Source: an uncultured bacterium (GTDB taxonomy: Bacteria > Abyssobacteria > SURF-5). Taken from it: a stretch of DNA of 10,912 bases. This document shows, piece after piece, positions 5,763-10,912 of the stretch. Location: the NCBI GenBank assembly GCA_964510165.1, contig CAZEBC010000137.1, forward strand, positions 1-10,912. Reading direction: 5' to 3'. How positions within the stretch are numbered: position 1 is the first letter of the stretch; each line of letters opens with the position of its first letter. Below the pieces are notes generated by a model. It made no database searches. It saw nothing but the letters and a program-made list of their open reading frames with translations, and was not told the DNA's origin. Both the position numbers and the translations under genes were made by a program.

Positions 5763-7133
5763 ATGGCAACGAGTTTCGATGAAATCCAGCAATCCTATTT
5801 CGCGTGGTCGGCAAAATCGCGAGAGTTGATGGAGCCGGCGAGGAGGTATATGCCCGGCGGCGACACGCGCAGCACGGCGCACTATCTTCCCTATCCCGTG
5901 TTCATGAACCGCGCGCAGGGCTGCCACATTTACGACGTGGACGGCCACGAGTATACCGACTTCATGAATAACTTCACGACGTTGATTCTCGGGCATGCTC
6001 ACCCGAAGGTCGTTGAGGCGGTCGCAAAGCAGGCGGCGATCGGGTCGGCCTACGCGGCGCCGACCGAGAGCCAGTTCGAGCTTGCGAGGATGATCTGCGA
6101 GCGCGCGCCCTCGATCGAGCAGCTTCGGTTTTGCAGTTGCGGGAGCGAGGCCACCATGATGGCCATCCGCGCGGCGCGGGCGTTCACCGGCAAGCAGAAA
6201 ATCATGAAGATCGAGGGCGGCTACAACGGCAATCATGACGCCGGCGAGATCAGCCTGATTCCCATCGAGGCCGGCCCGTTCGAGGAGCCTACAGCGCTTC
6301 TGCCCGACAAGGGCGTTCCCCTGAGCGCCCTTAGCGATATGGTGATCACGCCGTTCAACGAGCCGGAGATCACGGAGAAGCTGATCAAGAAACATAAGGA
6401 CAAGCTCGCGGCGATCATCATGGAGCCGATGATGGGCGCGCTCGGCATGATCGCCCCCAAACCCGGTTACCTGCAGGAAATCCGCCGGATCACGCGCGAG
6501 AACGGCGTGCTGCTCATCTTCGACGAGGTGATCACGTTCAGACTGTCGAGCGGCGGCATGCAGCAGATGTTCGGAGTTGCGCCCGATCTGACGGCGATGG
6601 GCAAGATCATCGGCGGCGGCCTCCCGATCGGAGCGTTCGGAGGCAGGCGAGACATAATGCAGCAGTTCAGTCCCGAGACCCCGAATTTCATGATGCATGC
6701 GAGCACGTTCAGCGGGAATCCGCTCACCATGGCCGCCGGCATCGCCGCGCTGAAGGAACTGACGCCGGAGGTATACCAGCGCCTGAACAACTTGGGTGAC
6801 TTGCTCCGGAAAGGCTTCAACACGGCATTCGAGGAGGTCGGCATCCGCGGCCAGGCGACCGGCCTTGGTTCGCTCGTGAATCTGCATCTGACGGACCAGC
6901 CGATCAGAAACTCGCGTGACAGCGTCATGGGCTTCTTTCAGGCGGGTCCGGTCCCGATGCACCTGCATCTGTGCATGTTGCAGCGCGGCGTGTTCCCGGC
7001 GAGCCGCCAGATGTACAGCACTTCGACGCCGATGACCGAGAAGGATATCAGCAGGACGGTCGAGGCCTTAACCGACACGCTGCAGGAACTGAAGCCTATT
7101 ATCGAGGCGGATTATCCGCATTTGTTGAAATGA
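5763..7133 (+). CDS. Class-III PLP-dependent aminotransferase (glutamate-1-semialdehyde aminomutase-like fold; probably not true HemL)
   Basis: LLIFDEVIT and DLTAMGKIIGGGLPIGAFGG (PLP Lys281), plus TFSGNP. Start moved to ATG 5763 after RBS GGAGG (5752-5756); 456 aa. Confidence 0.92.
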   Translation: MATSFDEIQQSYFAWSAKSRELMEPARRYMPGGDTRSTAHYLPYPVFMNRAQGCHIYDVDGHEYTDFMNNFTTLILGHAHPKVVEAVAKQAAIGSAYAAPTESQFELARMICERAPSIEQLRFCSCGSEATMMAIRAARAFTGKQKIMKIEGGYNGNHDAGEISLIPIEAGPFEEPTALLPDKGVPLSALSDMVITPFNEPEITEKLIKKHKDKLAAIIMEPMMGALGMIAPKPGYLQEIRRITRENGVLLIFDEVITFRLSSGGMQQMFGVAPDLTAMGKIIGGGLPIGAFGGRRDIMQQFSPETPNFMMHASTFSGNPLTMAAGIAALKELTPEVYQRLNNLGDLLRKGFNTAFEEVGIRGQATGLGSLVNLHLTDQPIRNSRDSVMGFFQAGPVPMHLHLCMLQRGVFPASRQMYSTSTPMTEKDISRTVEALTDTLQELKPIIEADYPHLLK

Positions 7134-7150
7134 CGAGCAGGAGAACGTTC

Positions 7151-7191
7151 TTCAACCACCAAGATACCAAGAACGCCAAGGAAGCACCGAG
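7151..7191 (+). repeat. ~9-bp-periodic CCAAG intergenic repeat, copy 1
   Basis: TTCAACCACCAAGATACCAAGAACGCCAAGGAAGCACCGAG has three CCAAG units at 8-9 bp spacing and is similar to 10711-10743. Confidence 0.6.
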
Positions 7192-7230
7192 ATTTCTCGT
7201 GATTTCCGGGTGGATACGGAGGGACTTCAC

Positions 7231-9099
7231 ATGAGACGTGGAAAGTACGCGGCCCTTGTCCTTTTGATCATCGCTATTGGAGTTTTTGTTAGCGTGACAA
7301 ACGCGGGGCCGGAGTCAACCACATTTGGGACGTATGAGGGCGCCGCTCCGAAATACAGTGGCATGAGCACGCAGTCGCTGTATATCACCATGCGCGACGG
7401 CGTGAGGATCGCCGCGGATGTGATGTTGCCGAAGAACCTGCCCGAAGATGCGAAAATTCCCGCCGTTTTGAAAATGACGTGCTACTGGCGGGCTGTGGAT
7501 TACAGGCCGCCTCTGAGCTGGTTTCAAAGACCGGGTGAATTCGAGCGCGTCTTCACGGGTCACGGGTACGCGCTGGTGGTTGTTGATGTGCGCGGCACCG
7601 GCGCTTCGTTCGGCACGCGGCCTTACCCGTTGTCCAGGGAAGAGGTCCTGGATGGCAGCGATTTGGTGGACTGGATAATTGCGCAGCCGTGGTCAAACGG
7701 AAAAGTCGGAGCGATCGGCACTTCGTATTCCGGCACAACCGCCGAACTCCTGGCCGTCAACAATCATCCTGCGGTGAAGGCGGTCATCCCCCGTTTCGCG
7801 GACCACGACATTTATTTCGATATCGCGTTCCCAGGCGGGGTGTTGTTCGACTGGATGATGAAGAATTGGGGCCACTACACTCACCTGTTGGACAACAATA
7901 TCGTGCCGAGAGAGGCCGGACTGATGGGTCGCTTGTTCGTGAGGGGAGTCAAGCCGGTGGACGGCGACAGAGGGCGTCGACTTCTCAAACAAGCGATTGC
8001 CGAGCACGCCGAGAACGGCGATGTGTATCAACTGGTCAAATCCGCCACGTTTCGCGACGACACGAACATCCTCTCAGGCGTAACGCTCGATGATAATAGC
8101 ACCCACACTTACAAGAAAGATATCGAGCGGTCCAACGTGGGCATCTACAGTTGGGGTGGATGGATGGATGAGACCATGGCGGACGCGGCCATCCGCCGTT
8201 TCCTTACATATAGCAATCCGCAGCGGGTGGTCATCGGCCCGTGGAGTCACGGGGGCGACCATCACGCCAGCCCTTACCTGCCTGCCGACACCCCGACCGA
8301 CCCGAGCATGGAGCGCCAGTGGCTGGATTGCGTGAAGTTCTTCGATTACTATCTGAAAGACATCGACAATGGCATGATGTCGGAAAAGGTTCTTATCTAC
8401 TACACCATGGGCGAGGAAAAATGGAAATCCACGACCGTGTGGCCGCCGGAGGGAAGCGTTACTCGGCGGTGGTATATGGCCGAAGACAACATGCTGTCTG
8501 ACAGCGAACCCACGGCGGAATCCGGCGCTGACACGTACACCGTGGACTTCGAGGCGACCACCGGTACACTCAACCGCTGGCACACGCAGATGGGCGGCGA
8601 CGTCATATACCCGGACCGCGCCGAGCAGGATAAGCGCTTGTTGACCTATACCAGCAATACGCTGGCTGAAGACATTGAGATAACGGGCCACCCCGTCGTA
8701 ACGCTCTATGTCGCTTCGACGCACACCGACGGCGCCTTCTTCGTGTACCTGGAGGACGTTGATGAAAGCGGTCGAGTCACCTATGTGACCGAGGGCCAGC
8801 TCCGCGCGCTGCATAGAAAGGTCTCAACCGACGAGCCGCCTTACGCAATGCTTGTGCCCTATCACTCATTCAAGCGCGAGGACGGCGCGCTACTGGTTCC
8901 CGGCGAAACGGCGGAACTCAAGTTCGGGCTCCACCCGACATCCGTCCTCGTCAAGAAGGGACATCGGCTGCGCATCGCCATTGCGGGACACGATAAGGAC
9001 ACGTTCGCGCGGATACCCGCCGAGGGTGACCCCGTTGTCACAATCGAGCGGAACGCGCGATTTGCATCGTGTATTGATTTGCCGGTTGTCGCGAAGTAG
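7231..9099 (+). CDS. CocE/NonD-family serine hydrolase (peptidase S15 / alpha-amino-acid ester hydrolase-like), probably secreted
   Basis: MRDGVRIAADV, DVRGTGASFG, QPWSNGKVG, nucleophile GTSYSG, GGWMD and GPWSH, plus a C-terminal PepX_C-like domain. Signal peptide-like MRRGKYAALVLLIIAIGVFVSVTNA. ATG 7231 follows RBS GGAGGGA. Confidence 0.93.
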   Translation: MRRGKYAALVLLIIAIGVFVSVTNAGPESTTFGTYEGAAPKYSGMSTQSLYITMRDGVRIAADVMLPKNLPEDAKIPAVLKMTCYWRAVDYRPPLSWFQRPGEFERVFTGHGYALVVVDVRGTGASFGTRPYPLSREEVLDGSDLVDWIIAQPWSNGKVGAIGTSYSGTTAELLAVNNHPAVKAVIPRFADHDIYFDIAFPGGVLFDWMMKNWGHYTHLLDNNIVPREAGLMGRLFVRGVKPVDGDRGRRLLKQAIAEHAENGDVYQLVKSATFRDDTNILSGVTLDDNSTHTYKKDIERSNVGIYSWGGWMDETMADAAIRRFLTYSNPQRVVIGPWSHGGDHHASPYLPADTPTDPSMERQWLDCVKFFDYYLKDIDNGMMSEKVLIYYTMGEEKWKSTTVWPPEGSVTRRWYMAEDNMLSDSEPTAESGADTYTVDFEATTGTLNRWHTQMGGDVIYPDRAEQDKRLLTYTSNTLAEDIEITGHPVVTLYVASTHTDGAFFVYLEDVDESGRVTYVTEGQLRALHRKVSTDEPPYAMLVPYHSFKREDGALLVPGETAELKFGLHPTSVLVKKGHRLRIAIAGHDKDTFARIPAEGDPVVTIERNARFASCIDLPVVAK

Positions 9100-9117
9100 G
9101 GTGAGGGAGAGGAGCAA

Positions 9118-10701
9118 ATGACAAGGGAGCGCGCATACGATTTCATCCTGAAGAACGGGCGGGTTTATGACGGCGCTGGGAATCCATGGCGCAGTCTGGA
9201 CGTTGCGGTCAAGGGCAAGAAGATCGAGCGCATCGGGCGGATGGATAAGGCGTCGGCCCGTGAGACTATTGACTGCTCCGGTCTTGCGGTTTGTCCCGGC
9301 TTCATAGATATGCACAGCCATTCCGACCTCTTGATGCTCGTTGAGCCTGAAGCCTCCGCAAAAGTAATGCAAGGCGTGACGACCGAGGTGCTCGGGCAGG
9401 ACGGCATGTCGGTCGCTCCGATAAAGGACGAACACAAGCGCGATTGGCGGCGGCATCTTTCGGGCCTGCTCGGCGACCCGGACCTCGAGTGGACATGGAA
9501 CACGTTCGACGAGTATCTTTCAGCGCTCGAAAAGGCAAGGCCGACCACCAACCTCGTCTCGCTCGTGCCGCATGGCTCGCTACGGCTGTGGACGATGGGG
9601 ATGGAAAACCGCGCCGCGACCGCCGCCGAGATGGACGAGATGAAAGGCCTGCTCCGCGAGAGCCTGGAGGCGGGCGGCGTCGGCATGTCAACGGGACTGA
9701 TATATCCGCCGTGCCCTTACGCCGACGCGGAAGAATTGGTGGAGTTCTGCCGCGTGCTCGTCGACTACGGCAGATTCCTCGTCGTCCATATCCGCAACGA
9801 GGATGCCGGTCTGATGCAGGCGCTCGACGAGATGCTCGAAGTGGCGCGCCGGTCCGGCGCGCCGGTTCACATTTCGCACTTAAAGGCGGCAGGCAAATCG
9901 CAGCGCGGAAAGTCCGGCGAGTTGCTGGGCAAGATTGACGCCGCCCGCGCGGAAGGCCTCGACATAACCTTCGACCAGTATCCCTACACGGCGGGCAGCA
10001 CGATGTTGTTCGCGCTCTTGCCGCAATGGCTTCAGGAAGGCGGCTCGGAGCAGATGATCGAGCGGCTCAAGGCCGCCGAAGTGAGACAGCGCATTATGGA
10101 GGAGATGGCCTCGCGCACCGAGTCGAGCGAGTACGAGATGACCGACGTGCGCGTATCCGGCGTCAAGACCGAGAAGAACAGGCACCTTGAGGGCAAGAAC
10201 CTCTTCGAGGTGGCCGAGGCGATGGACCGCCCGTTTATTGACGCCGTCTGCGACCTGCTCGTCGAGGAGGACCTGAACGTCTCGATGATTGTCTTTGTTG
10301 CGGACGAGGACGACGTGCGAAGGATACTGCGCCATCCCGCGCAGACCGTGTGCACCGACGGGCTGCTCGGCGGGAAGCCGCATCCGCGCGCATACGGAAC
10401 GTTTCCGAAAATCCTGGGCCGCCTGTGCCGCGAGGAAAAGGCGCTCGAGCTTGCCGAGGCGATTCGGAAAATGACATCGGCGGGCGCCCAGCGGCTTGGG
10501 CTTTCGGACAGGGGCTTGCTCAGGGAAGGCTTCCGGGCCGACATCACCGTCTTCAATCCAAACACCATCACCGACACGTCCACCTACGAAGACCCTCGCC
10601 GCTTCCCTCTCGGCATCGAGCATGTCTTCATCAACGGGAAGCACGTGGTGCAATCAGGAAAGCAAATCGGCAAGTCAGCCGGACGAGTGCTGCGGGTGTA
10701 A
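9118..10701 (+). CDS. N-acyl-D-amino-acid deacylase (D-aminoacylase) family amidohydrolase
   Basis: PGFIDMHSHSD, STGLIYPP, HIRNE, HISHLK, DQYPYTAGST, TDG and HPRAYGTF motifs. RBS GAGGAG; 527 aa. Confidence 0.93.
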   Translation: MTRERAYDFILKNGRVYDGAGNPWRSLDVAVKGKKIERIGRMDKASARETIDCSGLAVCPGFIDMHSHSDLLMLVEPEASAKVMQGVTTEVLGQDGMSVAPIKDEHKRDWRRHLSGLLGDPDLEWTWNTFDEYLSALEKARPTTNLVSLVPHGSLRLWTMGMENRAATAAEMDEMKGLLRESLEAGGVGMSTGLIYPPCPYADAEELVEFCRVLVDYGRFLVVHIRNEDAGLMQALDEMLEVARRSGAPVHISHLKAAGKSQRGKSGELLGKIDAARAEGLDITFDQYPYTAGSTMLFALLPQWLQEGGSEQMIERLKAAEVRQRIMEEMASRTESSEYEMTDVRVSGVKTEKNRHLEGKNLFEVAEAMDRPFIDAVCDLLVEEDLNVSMIVFVADEDDVRRILRHPAQTVCTDGLLGGKPHPRAYGTFPKILGRLCREEKALELAEAIRKMTSAGAQRLGLSDRGLLREGFRADITVFNPNTITDTSTYEDPRRFPLGIEHVFINGKHVVQSGKQIGKSAGRVLRV

Positions 10702-10710
10702 CCGAAAAGA

Positions 10711-10743
10711 TTCATCCACGAAGGACACCAAGAAACCCGAAGA
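10711..10743 (+). repeat. ~9-bp-periodic CCAAG/CGAAG intergenic repeat, copy 2
   Basis: TTCATCCACGAAGGACACCAAGAAACCCGAAGA has three C(C/G)AAG units about 9 bp apart and starts 9 bp after the deacylase stop. Confidence 0.6.
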
Positions 10744-10757
10744 GAGATAAGATAATT

Positions 10758-10772
10758 GTAGAGGCACGTAAT
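10758..10772 (+). repeat. Half of a GTAG-type REP element
   Basis: GTAGAGGCACGTAAT resembles the GTAGAAGCACG arm of the 5691-5718 element. The second arm is absent, and the sequence abuts the hicB stop codon. Confidence 0.45.
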
Positions 10773-10912
10773 CATACGGCGAGCAGAACGGTCTCGAATT
10801 TCTCTTCAGGCACAGGCACGTTATCTTCTTCCAGCGCAGCGATATACCCTCTGATAGCCTCCTTGATATTCGCGATCGCATCCTCCTTTGTCCTGCTCTG
10901 GCTTATACACCC
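10772..10912 (-). CDS. hicB: HicB-family type II antitoxin, 3' part (gene starts beyond the window)
   Basis: Minus strand from 10912 reads GCISQSRTKEDAIANIKEAIRGYIAALEEDNVPVPEEKFETVLLAV*. This matches the short-HicB pattern PGCxSQGxTxEEAxxNIKEAIxxY...L...PVP. Not in the ORF track because the start is missing. Confidence 0.88.
   Translation of the reverse strand, partial: GCISQSRTKEDAIANIKEAIRGYIAALEEDNVPVPEEKFETVLLAV

Noticed and set aside
5715..6968. 417-aa minus-strand ORF, and similar long antisense ORFs at 1834-2568, 4734-5324, 8074-8814 and 9880-10653
   Set aside because: They lie opposite well-supported genes and have no recognisable motifs. Such shadow ORFs are expected from high-GC codon bias.
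5763..7133. Gene symbol hemL
   Set aside because: HemL-specific motifs are altered and no tetrapyrrole genes are nearby.
7151..10743. Periodic repeats as a CRISPR array
   Set aside because: Units are about 9 bp, degenerate and have no spacers. No cas genes are present.
10584..10775. 63-aa ORF coupled to the hicB stop as a HicA toxin
   Set aside because: It lacks the HicA GSH motif and basic character, crosses repeat DNA and overlaps the deacylase gene in antisense.

Overview
GC-rich bacterial window holding an accessory metabolic region. It opens with the 3' end of an IS630-family transposase, followed by a YvlD/4-TMS 'phage holin'-family membrane protein, an XRE-cupin regulator and a GNAT acetyltransferase. 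A family-4 glycoside hydrolase on the minus strand is divergent from a five-gene plus-strand cluster: TetR regulator, membrane-anchored alpha/beta hydrolase, class-III PLP aminotransferase (HemL-like fold, but closer in motifs to beta-amino-acid transaminases), secreted CocE/NonD hydrolase and N-acyl-D-amino-acid deacylase. The window ends in the 3' part of a convergent HicB-type antitoxin. The best candidate for an undescribed system is the TetR-led cluster, which looks like a pathway for breaking down amides or peptides containing D- and/or beta-amino acids; this is inference. Several gene junctions carry small repeats (GTAG-type REP hairpins, a CCCTCTCCC/GGGAGAGGG hairpin and a ~9-bp-periodic CCAAG motif), three of them stacked behind one promoter. 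All family assignments come from motif recognition by eye; no database searches were run.
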